From Chiloscyllium plagiosum (lineage: Eukaryota), in contig NC_057719.1 of the NCBI RefSeq assembly GCF_004010195.1, positions 55,877,014 to 55,940,061 of the forward strand: a stretch of 63,048 nucleotides of DNA, written 5' to 3'. The notes below the pieces were generated by a model that saw only the letters and a list, made by a program, of their open reading frames with translations, had not been told where the DNA came from and did not search any database. Below are positions 35,936-49,610 of the stretch, one piece after another; within the stretch, counting starts at the first letter, position 1, and each line of letters starts with the position of its first letter. Made by a program: the position numbers and the translations under genes.

Positions 35936-38900
35936 TTCCTTGTTCCTCTGATTCCTGCATTTTTAATGTGGACGTTACTTCAGATATTTCTTACTGGCGG
36001 ACAGCCTTCCTTGTTCCTGAAGTGCCTGATATGCCTTTGTGTTATCACAATCTGCTGTATTCCTACCCTTATTAAACTGCATTGATCCCACAGAGACTGA
36101 TCAATTAATAAAGTTAATGAGCATGATTTTCTCTTCCCTGAGGTGACAGGAATAATGGCAAATGTGATAAATTAATCGGGCACAAGTCCAAAAATCAGAC
36201 TCTTGCTGTTGAGACAAACTTTTGTCATTAAGTCCTCTCTCCTTCAATGGTGAGATCAAATTCTTGCCATCAGGTGGCAAGAAGCCTATTTGCATGCATT
36301 TGAATTTCATTATTTCCCATTTCAATTTTCTATTCCTGATTAACATCAGTCCAACAAGAAACTTGACACCTCCAGACCTGACAGTAATCCCCAAGTCTGT
36401 ACCAGTGTCCTCAGCCTGCAGTCTGGTTGAGCTCATGGCTCCGCCAGTCATTCCCCTTATTTTTGCCTTAGATGGAATCACTATAATTGCACTGGGCATG
36501 GTGTCTCACTGGACTCTCCTTCCACAGGACTGGGCAATGACAATGTCCGTCTCAGAATATCTGTGGCTTGTTATTGGGTAGGCTCAGGCAGCACTTGTTC
36601 TCTCTCAGACAGGCAGAGTGTGCTCGCCTTCACCCTTTGCATCAGTCCCTCGCTGTTCGGTAGAAATTTAGCGCAAAAGCTGGCAGCCTTTCTTAGTAGG
36701 ATATCGTGAACTGGACATGAAACAATTAGGTATGGAGAGAAATGTGGCTGTACAGCATGGCGCTGAATAAATGTCCAAGGTGTTTTATGTACCAGCAGCT
36801 TATGAAGCAACATCCTGCATGCACTTAGGGAGCATGATAATGCGTGAAAAGTCAAAGGGAAGGAGTGTTTTCGGGGGTATGACTGAACACCAGTCAGTCG
36901 GGGCACTGCCACAGTTATTCTAGGGACTGGACCATTTCTAGTCCAGAGATTTGGCCACAGTCATTCAGATGGTCAGTCTCGGGATCTGTTCCATTCTTGG
37001 AGTGTATTTGGCTCTGGTCAAATAAAAGCAGTCAGGCCTTGCATGTAGGACACTTGGGTACTATTGCAAACTCAACTCATCGGATTTTGATTACTTGGGG
37101 CTGTCCTGTCAAGTCACTCCAGTGAATAGGCCACAGTCAGTATGGGGCAGTGGGTCATACATAATCCAGGAGGTTTTCAGCTGTCAATGTAAGTTGTCAT
37201 CAAGACAAGGCAGCTCGTGTCTGGTGATTGGCCTTCTTTTGTTTGGTTGCTGAAGGAATGGTCATAGTTATTTCCTGCTGTTTGATGAAATACATATCAC
37301 TAATGGCTTCACAGGCTGTTCATGTTCATTACTCTTTTCAGTAAAATGTTCAGTTCCTTGTTCAAATATGGATCTAATATCCTCACCTCTGAGTAAGATA
37401 ATGTGCTTGTGCAAACGTTGATCTGGTTCACATTTAGCATTAAGCAATTGTGATACAGTGAGCACTGCCAGAATGCACTCCACCATGAGAACAGCCAAGC
37501 TGTCATTCATCCTGGGAATGCTCCATCTGAGTACTTCTCCATCATTATCCTATCTAAACCTCAGAGTGCTATGAACCTTCTGTGTGCTCACATGCCAGAG
37601 CACCACAGTCATGCGATTGGGACTGGGAGTTCTGCTCCAGCCTACCAATGGTCCATGGCCCTCCTTGCTGATGTTCCCATGCCTGTCTGTGCAGGTTGAC
37701 CACTGAGGTGATTGCCTCTGTGCTGGTAGAAGATGCAGGTGAATGCCTTGCTAATTAATCCTCTGAGTTTCACTGTCTTCTGGCAAGGGAGCTTTGAAGT
37801 TGTGGTCTTTCCCTGGCCGAAGGTGTCTGGACAATGTGACTGAAGGAATTATTGGGGAAAACAGAGGAAAGTTTATGCAGAGCAAAGTGGCAGTGTTGGA
37901 GTGAATGACAGTTCTTTGAGTGTGATGTCATGGAGGGCATTTTCCAATTTGGAGCCAGTTTGACCTTCCTCAGAGTCATGGGCTCAGTTTTGGGTTGACC
38001 ACCACATCTGAGAGGTGGTTCCTGCCTTCCAATGTCTGAAAGAGATTCCAAATAGCCTTTAAGTAAGGCACCAAGCCTTCCAGGCCAAAGGTGAGAATGT
38101 CAGGCCCATTTGCAATCTGACTCACTGAGTAACTTGCTTCATTATAATGGAGATGACAAACACGTGATCATTGTAACCCATTCTGATCCATGGTGAACTT
38201 TACACCATTCACCACATTCAATGCCATTCTTTAACCCTAAATGAGAGAATTCACTCAACGCAATGTCTACAAAACCTGAGGAACAGTTCCCATTCTGGCT
38301 AAGTAATTAACAGCTGTTAATATTTAAAATGTCATGCTCTTTGGCATTCTGAAAGTATGATGGATTATTTCTAATAATTACTTTAGAACAGAAATGAAAT
38401 AACAATGCTTTTTAGCATTTAATTTTACTCCAAAATTGCCAAACTATTTTTTTACTTTTAACATAATTTTTTCAGATGGATAATTTTGGGACTGCGTGAC
38501 ATAAAGCATTTATCACACTGCCTTCGTACCATTTGCTGTAAACTTCTACAAGCCTAGCTATTATCAATCCAAGGAGCAGCAAGCGGTAGGGCTGGCTGAG
38601 GAGTTGTGTTAAACCTGTAGAATGATACAAAGTGGTGTGTGCATAGTCGTCCTGCCATCACCACCCATATTTTACCAGAGGCAAGTTGGGAGTTGGACAG
38701 CCCACACTTCTTATGGCACTTGAGTGGGCAGATTGAGTTGGAACAGTTGAGTTGACAACTGAGCATCATTGACGGGCTTCTTTCCACCACCATCAGTATT
38801 TTACCAATTGGGAGACTGACAGGTTGCCTCTTTTGGACTCATGTGAGACAGGGTGGCCATTCCGATCAGCCACCCTCACCAAAATGGCTGCCCCTCACCT

Positions 38901-40618
38901 CCTTTCCTCCTCCCACTGGGACATTTCTGATTGGCCCTGGTGAATTAGGCAAACATACCTAAGGCTTCCACCATGGATAAGACTCTGGAGCTACTATACT
39001 TTCGCTAATGTCTCCTCTGCTGGAACTAAAACATTATAGAGCTTTCTATTGGCCTGAAGCTCTTGAGGGGGCAGGACCTTGTACCTTAAAGTGGCGGAAA
39101 CCAAATATTTCAAATGGTTAGATCCAATAGCAGCTGCTGCCCTATAAGATCCTATCCATACCAAAAAAATCACATTGTCTGTAATTTGGAGCTAATTATC
39201 ATGAGATCATATATAAGAACATAAGAACTAGGAGCAGGAGTAGGCCGTCCGGCCCTTCGAGCCTGCTCTGCCACTCAATAAGATCATGGCAGACTTTTCA
39301 TGGACTCAGCTCCACTTGCCCGCGCTCTCACCTTATCCCTTAGTTCCTTTATTGTTCAAAAAAAGCTATTGTAGCTTTAAAAACATTTACTGAAGTAGCA
39401 TCAACCACTTCACTGGGCAGGGAATTCCATAGATTTACAACCCTCTGGGTGAAGAAGTTCCTTCTCAACTCAGTCCTAAATCTAATCCCCTTCATTTTGA
39501 GGCTATGCCCTCTTGTCCTAGTTTCACCTGCCAGTAGAAACATCCTCAGGTAGAAAAATCTCCCTGCTTTTAAACACAATTCACTTGTTCGTTTCTACAA
39601 GACCACCCCTCATCCTTCTAAATTCCAATGAATATAATCCCAGTCTACTCAGTCTCTCCTCATAAGCCAACCCCCTCAACTCCAGAATCAACCTAGTGAA
39701 CCTCCTCTGCACCCCCTCTAGTGCCAATACATTTTTTTTCAAGTAAGGAGACCAAAACTGCATGCCAGTACTCCAGCTGTGGCCTCACCAACACCTTGTA
39801 AAACTGCAACATAATCTCCCTGCTTTTAAACACAATTCACTTAGCAATGACCGACAAAATTTTAATTATTTGTTGTACCTGCAGACCAACCTTTGGTGAT
39901 TCATGGACAAGGAGATCCAGGTCCCCTGCATAGCAGCATGCTGCAACTTTTTACCATTCAAGTAATAATCCTTTTTACTGTTGCTCCTACCAAAATGGAT
40001 GACTTCACATTTAGTAACATTGTATTCCAACTGCCAGAGTTTGGCCTACTCACTTGAAGTATCTATGTTCCTCTCCAAAGTTTCACAGTCCTCTGCACAC
40101 TTTGCTCTGCCACTCATCTTAGTGTTACCTGCAAACTTTCACACACTAAATGTGGTTCCCAACTCCAAATCATCTATACAAATTGTGAATAATTGCCTTC
40201 CCAACACTGATCCCTAAGACACACTACTTGTTACTGATTGCCAACCAGAACAGCACTCAGTTATCCCCACTCTTTGCTTCCTGTTAATCAATCAATCCTT
40301 TATTTATGCTAATACTTTACCCATAATACCATGCATCTTTATCTTATGCAGCAACATCTTGTGCGGCACTTTGTGCCTTCACCTTTTGGAAATCTAGGTA
40401 CACCACATCCACTGGGTCCCCATTGTCCACCCTGGCTCATCATGTCTTCATAGAATTCCAAAAGATTTGTTAATCTGTTAATTTGTTAACCTGCTCTTCA
40501 TGAACCCATGCTACATCTGCCCAACGGGACAATTTCTGTCTGGATGAATTGCTATTTCTTCCTTGATAATAGACTCAAGCATCTTCCCCACTACAGACGT
40601 TAAGCTAACTGGTCTATA

Positions 40619-42071
40619 CAGAGGAACCTTGATTATCCGATGAGTTGGATGGGCACTATTTCATTCTGATAATCGATTGTTCGGTTAATCGATTCAATGC
40701 CTTTCCTCTGGGGTGCGGAGTTTTTAATTAAGTCTGCTCCGCATTCAGGAGATAAGGCAGCACAGTGTGCGGAAGCCTGGGCCCGACCCCAACACTGGCC
40801 CCCCCGCCCGGCCCCAAACCCTGTCCAACACCATCCCCCGCCTGCCCCACATCCTCACCCAATACCGCCCACACTCCTGCCCCCCCGAACCCTGTCCAAC
40901 ACTGNNNNNNNNNNNNNNNNNNNNNNNNNNNNNNNNNNNNNNNNNNNNNNNNNNNNNNNNNNNNNNNNNNNNNNNNNNNNNNNNNNNNNNNNNNNNNNNN
41001 NNNNNNNNNNNNNNNNNNNNNNNNNNNNNNNNNNNNNNNNNNNNNNNNNNNNNNNNNNNNNNNNNNNNNNNNNNNNNNNNNNNNNNNNNNNNNNNNNNNN
41101 NNNNNNNNNNNNNNNNNNNNNNNNNNNNNNNNNNNNNNNNNNNNNNNNNNNNNNNNNNNNNNNNNNNNNNNNNNNNNNNNNNNNNNNNNNNNNNNNNNNN
41201 NNNNNNNNNNNNNNNNNNNNNNNNNNNNNNNNNNNNNNNNNNNNNNNNNNNNNNNNNNNNNNNNNNNNNNNNNNNNNNNNNNNNNNNNNNNNNNNNNNNN
41301 NNNNNNNNNNNNNNNNNNNNNNNNNNNNNNNNNNNNNNNNNNNNNNNNNNNNNNNNNNNNNNNNNNNNNNNNNNNNNNNNNNNNNNNNNNNNNNNNNNNN
41401 NNNNNNNNNNNNNNNNNNNNNNNNNNNNNNNNNNNNNNNNNNNNNNNNNNNNNNNNNNNNNNNNNNNNNNNNNNNNNNNNNNNNNNNNNNNNNNNNNNNN
41501 NNNNNNNNNNNNNNNNNNNNNNNNNNNNNNNNNNNNNNNNNNNNNNNNNNNNNNNNNNNNNNNNNNNNNNNNNNNNNNNNNNNNNNNNNNNNNNNNNNNN
41601 NNNNNNNNNNNNNNNNNNNNNNNNNNNNNNNNNNNNNNNNNNNNNNNNNNNNNNNNNNNNNNNNNNNNNNNNNNNNNNNNNNNNNNNNNNNNNNNNNNNN
41701 NNNNNNNNNNNNNNNNNNNNNNNNNNNNNNNNNNNNNNNNNNNNNNNNNNNNNNNNNNNNNNNNNNNNNNNNNNNNNNNNNNNNNNNNNNNNNNNNNNNN
41801 NNNNNNNNNNNNNNNNNNNNNNNNNNNNNNNNNNNNNNNNNTCACCCAATACCGTCCACACTCCTGCCCCCCAAGCCCTGTACAACACTGCCCCCTGCCC
41901 ACCCCATCCTCACCCAATACCGCCCACACTTGATTGTTCTTGGCAGCACCTTTAATCACTGTAAACAAAAGACGCTATCAGTGTTGGACACACATCTTTG
42001 ATGTTATGATTCTGTCGGGGCCTCGAGATGTCCTTCGGATAATTGGTATTTGGATAATGGAGGTTCCCCTG
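40619..42071. mobile_element. Tc1/mariner-superfamily (pogo/Tigger-like) non-autonomous DNA transposon
   Basis: Left end CAGAGGAACCTTGATTATCCGA matches the rc of the right end, CAGGGGAACCTCCATTATCCAA; TA is duplicated at 40617-18 and 42072-73; removal restores CR1 ggtctataattcccc. Confidence 0.9.
40810..41930. repeat. C-rich minisatellite, ~68-71 bp unit, collapsed into a gap
   Basis: aaccctgtccaacac at 40817 and 40888; tcacccaatacc at 40855, 41842 and 41910. Confidence 0.85.
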
Positions 42072-42095
42072 TAATTCCCCATTTTTCTACCTCCC

Positions 42096-43234
42096 TTTTT
42101 AAACAGTGGCATCACATTTGCTGTTTTCCATACTGCTGGAATTGCCCCAGAATCCAGCAAATTTTGGAAAATTACTGCCAGTCCACCTACTATTTCTCTC
42201 GCCATCTCTTTTAGTACCCTGGGATGCATTCCATCAGTGCCAGGAGACTTGTCTATCCTTAGCCCCATTAGCTTACCCAACACTGCCTCCTCCGCAGTAA
42301 TGATTGTTTCCAGGTCCTCACCTACCTTTGTCTCTTTGTCAATTACTGGAATGTTATTAATGTCCTCCACTGTGAAGACCGATACAAAATACCTGCTCAA
42401 TACCTCGGCCATTTCATCATATCCCAAAACTAAATGCCCCATCTCATCCTCTAAAGGAACAACGTTTACCTCAGTCTCTCTTTTTCGTTTTATATATTTA
42501 TAGAAACTTTTGCTATCTGTCTTTATATTCTGTGCTAATTTTGTTTTCTCTCATTTTTTATCTTACTTTTCCTTATAACTCTTTTTGTGGCTTTCTGTTG
42601 ATCTTTCAAGTTTTCCCAATCTTTTAGTTTCCTGCTGTTCTTTACCACTTTGTATGCTTTCTCTTTTTAAACAGTGGCATCACATTTGCTGTTTTCCATA
42701 CTGCTGGAATTGCCCCAGAATCCAGCAAATTTTGGAAAATTACTGCCAGTCCACCTACTATTTCTCTCGCCATCTCTTTTAGTACCCTGGGATGCATTCC
42801 ATCAGTGCCAGGAGACTTGTCTATCCTTAGCCCCATTAGCTTACCCAACACTGCCTCCTCCGCAGTAATGATTGTTTCCAGGTCCTCACCTACCTTTGTC
42901 TCTTTGTCAATTACTGGAATGTTATTAATGTCCTCCACTGTGAAGACCGATACAAAATACCTGCTCAATACCTCGGCCATTTCATCATATCCCAAAACTA
43001 AATGCCCCATCTCATCCTCTAAAGGAACAACGTTTACCTCAGTCTCTCTTTTTCGTTTTATATATTTATAGAAACTTTTGCTATCTGTCTTTATATTCTG
43101 TGCTAATTTTGTTTTCTCTCATTTTTTATCTTACTTTTCCTTATAACTCTTTTTGTGGCTTTCTGTTGATCTTTCAAGTTTTCCCAATCTTTTAGTTTCC
43201 TGCTGTTCTTTACCACTTTGTATGCTTTCTCTTT
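42096..43234. repeat. 568-bp direct tandem duplication inside the CR1
   Basis: aaacagtggcatcac at 42101 and 42669; identical ORF translations offset by 568. Confidence 0.95.
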
Positions 43235-45189
43235 CAATTTGATAGCCTCCCTTATTTCCTTAGACACCCATGGCAGATTACCCCTTTTCTTATAGTCCTT
43301 CCTTTTCACTGGAATATAGTTTTGCTGAGCACTTTGAAAAATTGCTTTGAAAGTCCTCCACTGCTCGTCAACTGTCCCACCATAAAATCTTTGTTTCCAG
43401 TCTAGTTTAACCAAGTTCTCCCTCATTCTATTGTAGGCTCACTTGTTTAAGCACAAGACCCTGGCATTGGATTTTATCTTCACACTCTCCATCTGTATTC
43501 TAAATTCAACCAGACTGTGATCTCTCCTTCCAAGAGAATCCCGAACTATGATTATTCTCGTCTCATTACACAAGACCAGATCTCGGATAGCTTGCTCCCT
43601 CGTCGTTCCATTTCAAACTGTTCCAGAAAATTATCACAGATACACACAATGAACTCCTCCTCAAGGCTACCCTGACCGAGCTGGTTCGACCAATCGACAT
43701 AGATTAGGAAATGAACTCAGATCATAGGAATAGCTGCTGTACAAGATGGGCAATATCAAATTGGTGAAGTGGGAAGTATTACTTTGGGAATGGCCTGTAA
43801 ATTATATTGTTGGAATACAAGGAAAAAGGTCTTGCTTTCCATATAACCTGCATTATACCGAAACTTGGAATAACTAAACAGAATGAAAAAAGTGGAGAAA
43901 TCTGCCATTACCCCATTAATAATATTTACCACTTTAATCACAATACATACTCAAGCAAATTAAATTTGTTTAAAACAACTCGCAGTCTTTTTAAATATAT
44001 GTCACATCTGCTTCCCCAAATTGAGAAGTAAAAGAAGTGACAACAAAACACAATTAATAACATTTTTGAAATATCACAATGTGCCTCATGCTATATACCT
44101 TAACCTTCATTGAACATCGTGTACGTTTTTCAACATGGAACACAAAGTTCAAACAGTGAACACAAATTGCTTTTGAGGCACATTTTAATCAAATTCAATG
44201 CATGAAGAGGAAACGTTGCAATCTAATCAAAGAGACGGGTTTAATTTTGTCATCTGCATGCACTAAATAATTATAAATCTTAACTTCAGTGGAATTTATG
44301 ACTATAAACACTATTTATAATTAATTTTAGGAACATTTCTCTAGGTTGCAGCACAAATTAATTCTACCTACCACTTCGCTTGAACCATAATGCTTTCCAT
44401 TTGCCTCATAGCACCAACTGGTTTAAAAAACATCATTAGCAGCTTCTCATCATCGGATGGTGATGAAAGGGTGCATGCTGCTGGCAAAAATAAATAGAAA
44501 GTTAGCAGTTCAATTTATTTCAAATTTGTTTTTTTATCCCTGTGGATGCAGAATGGTCATCTAAACTCCACTTCTGTTTAATCACTCATGAACATTTAAA
44601 AACCCTTCTTCATTGAGATTTCCAACTCCATGTGCAGTATTTCAATGAATTTTAATTTAGTTCATTTTGTTTGTCAATAAAATACCATTAGTTAGTAAAA
44701 CAATGGTGAAGATCTAGGCAACAAAATACACTGTGGGAGATATTAGTGGTGCATATTCCTGGTGTACATTTCAAACATATCCTTGAAGAGAGAGGCCCAA
44801 GAGTTATGCAAAACTGGACATTATGGCTCATCTCCACAATACTAGCAAGTTGTAAGCTAAAAATAGGCATCCAGAAGCAGATTGCAAATCTAAGCCTTCC
44901 CAACATTAAACAGGGAGGCAAACTGGAGAGGGATAAACACACCAGCAGCATTGGTCTACAATATATTGCTGTAGTGCTGTACACTATGTATATGTGTGTG
45001 TGTATATATATATACATATATGTACACACATACATAAAAACTTGTAACTACACAGTACTTCACAACCATGTTGTATTCGAAGTAATTAGCAAGCAATTAA
45101 GTACTTTATTGAAGCATTGCCAATGATAAAATGGGAAGTATAACAGCCAGTATACATACTGTGTTCCCCAAAACACAGCAATGAGTTCA

Positions 45190-45386
45190 TGATGGGGATA
45201 AATGCCTTTCTCTTCTTTGAAATTGTGCCATGAGATTTTTTTTACACCACTCCAGCTGGCAGATGGTCTTTCCGTTTAAAGACCCACACTCGCAGTAATG
45301 CACTAGAGTGTCAGTTTTAATCCCCCAGCTCAGGTCCTGGAGGGTAACCTTGAGACAAGAATGGTATCAACTGAGCCACAGCTGAA
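45190..45386 (-). mobile_element. Deu-domain SINE (SacSINE1/AmnSINE-like) remnant
   Basis: cttctttgaaattgtgccatgagattttt..ggcagatgg..cagtaatgcactagagtgtcag..actgagccacagctga resembles the rc of the Deu-SINE consensus as recalled. Confidence 0.65.
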
Positions 45387-46164
45387 ATTCTGCATGTACA
45401 CAAAAGTATTAATAAAAGTATCTCTCTCTCTCTTTACGTGCCATCCTCATTGTCCAAGAGTTCATAATTAAGACTCAATGAAGCCTCAGTATCACAATGA
45501 ACAGATAGAAGAGACAGGCTATAAAAGCTACCTCTGTCAGTACAGGGATTGAACTCTGACTGACATTGAGCACCATACTCTAACTAACTGAGCAGGCTTG
45601 CCCAAAAATAAGACAAACAGGCTCACCAAAGGAGTGTGTGATTCCTTTTATTTCGGTACTGGTCTTCGATGACAAAATCACAGTAGGTGGAAAAAAGAGA
45701 ATCATAATCCTGGAAAGCACATATTGCCTGTTAGTGGGATATAGTTGAGGATATAGAACATGCCAGCATTCAGTAGAAGAGTAAAGCACAATGTAAGATG
45801 ATATCACTCTCTGGTCCAATTAGAACCAATTGTTATTTCCAGACTCAATAGAATCTCTTATTCTTTTATATAGTTAACAGTTTCTCTGAAAAAAATTTAT
45901 TCAATTTGGGTGAATACTATGTGGAAACTAACAGAGCCAGTGTTGATCTGTGTCCAGAACTCTATTTAATGTATCATCCCCAGATAAAGGCTTGCCAGTG
46001 ATATCGAGTAACAACCCCTAGGATACAAATTACCGTTTGAACAATCAATGCTTTATTACACAGAAAGAGATTTACTAATACATAAACTAAACTACTCTTG
46101 GGTGTGTGTTAGTGATAGTACTCATCTGTCCTCAATTTGATCAGGCCTGGTGTAAGATTTTTAA

Positions 46165-46428
46165 AATTTGTTCACATTTATTGCCCATCCCTATTCGCCC
46201 TGAGAACAGCGAAGAGTAAATCACATTGCAGTGTGACTGGAGTCACATGTAGGCCAGACTGAGTAACGATGGCAGGTTGCTTCTCGAAAATGAACCACAT
46301 GGGGTTTTTTTATAATGGTCTTGCCATCATCATTAGACCCATAATTCCAGATTTTTTTATACAATTCAAATTCTACCATTTGCCATGCCAGGATTCAAAC
46401 CCAGGTCTCCTAAATATTTCCTGAGTTT
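46165..46428 (-). mobile_element. Copy of the tRNA-headed family-B SINE
   Basis: catttattgcccatcccta...ctggagtcacatgtaggccagac...aattcaaattctaccatttgccatgccaggattcaaaccc is collinear with 29550-29810. Confidence 0.8.
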
Positions 46429-46859
46429 TCAGTTTCCCTTCAAATCTCAATCTTGGGCCATCTTCTGGAGAACTCATCCCAGTCTCTCTCTTTGTCTGTT
46501 CTCCTGCCTTGAATGGTTGGAGCCAACCATAGAGTACACAGGGTTGAGTTCATATGGTACAAAAAAGCAACTGATCAATTCATAACCAGGTGTCGATACA
46601 AAGCTACAAAATGTGATTTCATCAACGGTCACTTAGCTGAAAAGCTTATGAACTGCTCATCGCCTCCACAGCGATTAAATCCTTCAGAAAAGGACATCTG
46701 CATAAATCCGAAGAAAATACCATTTGAAGCAGAACTGAAAGAAGAATGCACGTTTGAATCAATGATGGCAGACCTGTAACACCATCACATGCTTAACTGT
46801 GTAATAACAATGTCAACTTTCAACAGGTTTAGTGGATCTTTTAAATCTTACTAGGATGC

Positions 46860-47265
46860 TACCTGAACTGATGCGTAGGAGACTGAGGGATAACTTTATA
46901 GATACCTATAAAATCACGAGAGGCATAGATAAGGTCAAGAGCCAATAACTTTTCCCCATGGTAGGGGAGTCTGAAACTAGAGGGTGTAGATTAAAGGTGA
47001 GAGGGGAGAGATACAAAAGGATCCAAGAACCAACGTTTTAACGCAGAGGGTGGCGAGTGGCTGGAGCAGGCTGCCAGAGGTAGTGGTGTAGGCTACAATT
47101 TTGTCATTTAAGAAACATTTAGACAGGTGCATAGACGGGATAGGTATGGAGGGATCTGGACTAAATGCAGGCAAATGGGACTAGTTTAATTGTGAAAACT
47201 GGACAAAATGGGCAAGTTGCGCCAAAAGGCCTGTTTCCATGCTGCAGGCCTCTAGGACTCTATGG
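46860..47265 (+). mobile_element. CR1 3' fragment
   Basis: RRRLRDNFIDTYKITRGIDKV...TQRVASGWSRLP; tail ggcctgtttccatgctg. Confidence 0.9.
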
Positions 47266-48161
47266 CATTTTTTTTCACTCACCAAGATAGTGTCTAGCAT
47301 TCTATGACATTTGCAAGCCATGGCTACAAGATGACATTCAATTCAATCACCATTGCAAATTTAATGTTTCACACATATGGGAAGAAAAGCCATACAAGGA
47401 ACAAAATCAAGAACATTTCCAAAGTTACATGCATGACAATGCAAACATGTCAATCCAGTCCAAGAAATATCTTACGCAGCTTACAAAACTCAGGCAGCCA
47501 GTACATATGGTCAATTTGACATAGCTGCCTTTAAAAACTGAAGCTTTTACTCCATTCAAGTGACACACACCATGATTCCATCTACATCAGATAAGCTAAC
47601 TGCATACAGCAGGTTTGACCACTAATGCATTAATCTAGTCCACCTTAAGTGTCAATATATCTCTTTAGGATGGACACCTGAAACCTTTTACATTGCTGAA
47701 GCAGCAAGTCCAGTTATTATTAGTCTGCCAGTATGTGTTGATCGATATATTATTCTGATCCACAAGATAATAAACCCATCACCAAATATTCTAGGCAACA
47801 ACACTGAGTCATTCATGTCCTGACTAATTCTTACCCAGGAAAATTTGAAGCTTATGGTTACTTTAAAGGTGTTGCAATATATCTGATGCCCTGCCAGCGA
47901 CAGTCCTCCCCTAAGTGTAGCACTCGCTTTCAAGAAAATCTCAATCTTGAATTTCGTGTTACAAGAAACAACCTCTGGAAAGTTGAACATCATACTCATT
48001 AGTGCAAATCCATTTGTGTTTTGAAGATACATGGCACTCTATGTGCATGTTTAGATCCAAGGCAATTGGATATTGTACCAAAGAGATATCTACATAAGAT
48101 TCCCACCTTGAAAGAACTGAAACCTAAATTCTTAAATGCCAAGAATATTTCCACACTCACT

Positions 48162-48472
48162 GGGGGTGGCACGGTGGCTCAGTGGTTAGCACTGCTGTCT
48201 CACAGCACTAGGGTCCCAGGTTCGATTCCAACCTTGGGTGACTGTCTGTGTGGAGTTTGCACGTTCTCCCCTTGTCTGCGTGGGTTTCCTCTGGTTTCCT
48301 CCCACAATCCAAAGATGTGCAGGTCAGGTGAATTGGCCATGCTAAATTGCCCATAGTGTTAGGTGCATTAGTCAGAGGGAAATGGGTCTGGGTGAGTGAC
48401 TCTTCGGAGGGTCGGTGTGGACTTGTTGGGCCGAAGGGCCTGTTTCCACGCTGTAGGGAATCTAATCTAATC
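48162..48472 (+). mobile_element. HE1-type V-SINE inserted in the Gypsy RT
   Basis: Full head, V-domain and (aatct)3 tail. Confidence 0.95.
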
Positions 48473-48621
48473 AAAAAAATGGATTCTGATCTATTTATTT
48501 TTCCCCAGAATCACATGAATTGACAACTGTTAGAATAGCTTTCAGTAGATATTGTTTCCTCAGATTACCATTTAGATTATCTGTCAGCCAGGATACATTC
48601 AAATAACATATGGATCATATG

Positions 48622-49610
48622 GTCCTCATGGGAGACTGGTTAGCAAGGTTAGATCTCAGGGAATACAGGGAGAATTAGCCATTTGGATACAGAACTGGCT
48701 CGAAGGTAGAACACCAAAATTGGAGGTGCAGTGGATAGTGAAGAAGGTTACCTCAGAGTACAATGAGATCTTGATCAGATGGGCCAATGAGCTGAGGATT
48801 GGCAGAAAGAGCTTAATTTAGATAAATGAGAGGTGCTGCATTTTGGAAAAACAAATCAGAGCAGGACTTATACAGTTAATGGTAAGATCCTGGGAAGTAT
48901 TGCTGAACAAAGAGACCTTGGAGTGCAGGTTCATAGTCCCTTAAAAGAGTCACCGGTAGTGAAGAAGGCGCTTGGCATGCTTTCCTTTATTGGTCAGAGC
49001 ATTAGGTGTAGGAGTTGGGAGGTCATGTACAAGACATTGATGAGGCCACTTTTGGAATATTGCATGCAATTCTGGTCTCCTTCCTATTGGAAGGATGTTG
49101 CGAAACTTGGAAGGGTTTAAAAAAGATTTACAAGGATGTTGCCAGGGTTGGAGGACTTGAGCTATAGGCAGAGGCTGAATAGGCTGGGACTGATTTCCCT
49201 GGAGCATCGAAGGCTGATGAGTGACTTTTTAGAGGTTTTTAAAACCATAAGGGTTATGGATCGGATAAATTGGCAAGGTCTTTTCCCTGAGGTGGGAGAG
49301 TACAGAGCTACAGGGCATAGGTTTAGGGTGAGAGAGTTAGAAAGATACAAAAGAGTTCTAAAGGGAAATGTTTTCACACAGAGGGTGATGCATGTATGGT
49401 ATGAGCTGCCAGAGGAAGTGGTGGAGGCTGGTACAATTGTAGCATTTAAAAGGCAATCTGAGTGGGTACATGAATAGGAAGAGTTTAGATGGATATGGGC
49501 CAAGTGCTGGAAAATGGGACTAGATTAGGTTAGGATATCTGGTCGGCATGGACGAGTTGGACCAAAGGGTCTGTTTCCGTGCTGTACATTTCTATGACTT
49601 TATGATTCTA
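48622..49610 (+). mobile_element. CR1 (HER1-like) 3' fragment with internal deletions
   Basis: PHGRLVSKVRS..; ORFs 48833-49120 and 49136-49477; tail ctatgact repeats. Confidence 0.93.

Larger units (their letters stand above)
39212..43705 (-). mobile_element. Long 5'-truncated CR1 LINE (ORF2 from endonuclease end to tail), disrupted
   Basis: (TTCTTATG)n tail; QFWSPYLKKNVLALEGVQRRFTRLI; DKSPGTDGMHPRVLKEMAREIVGGLAVIFQNLLDSGAIPAVWKTANVMPLFKKG; PWVSKEIREAIKLKEKAY. Confidence 0.95.

Noticed and set aside
36101..38260. Several 80-130 aa ORFs as a host gene
   Set aside because: No recognisable domain or consistent exon structure; more likely an old DNA-transposon relic, but too degenerate to call.
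7209..42001. Long ORFs of 180-430 aa in the ORF track (7209-8412, 24564-25400, 32608-33679, 40697-42001)
   Set aside because: Their length comes from N runs translated as X; the real residues are CR1, Penelope or minisatellite sequence.
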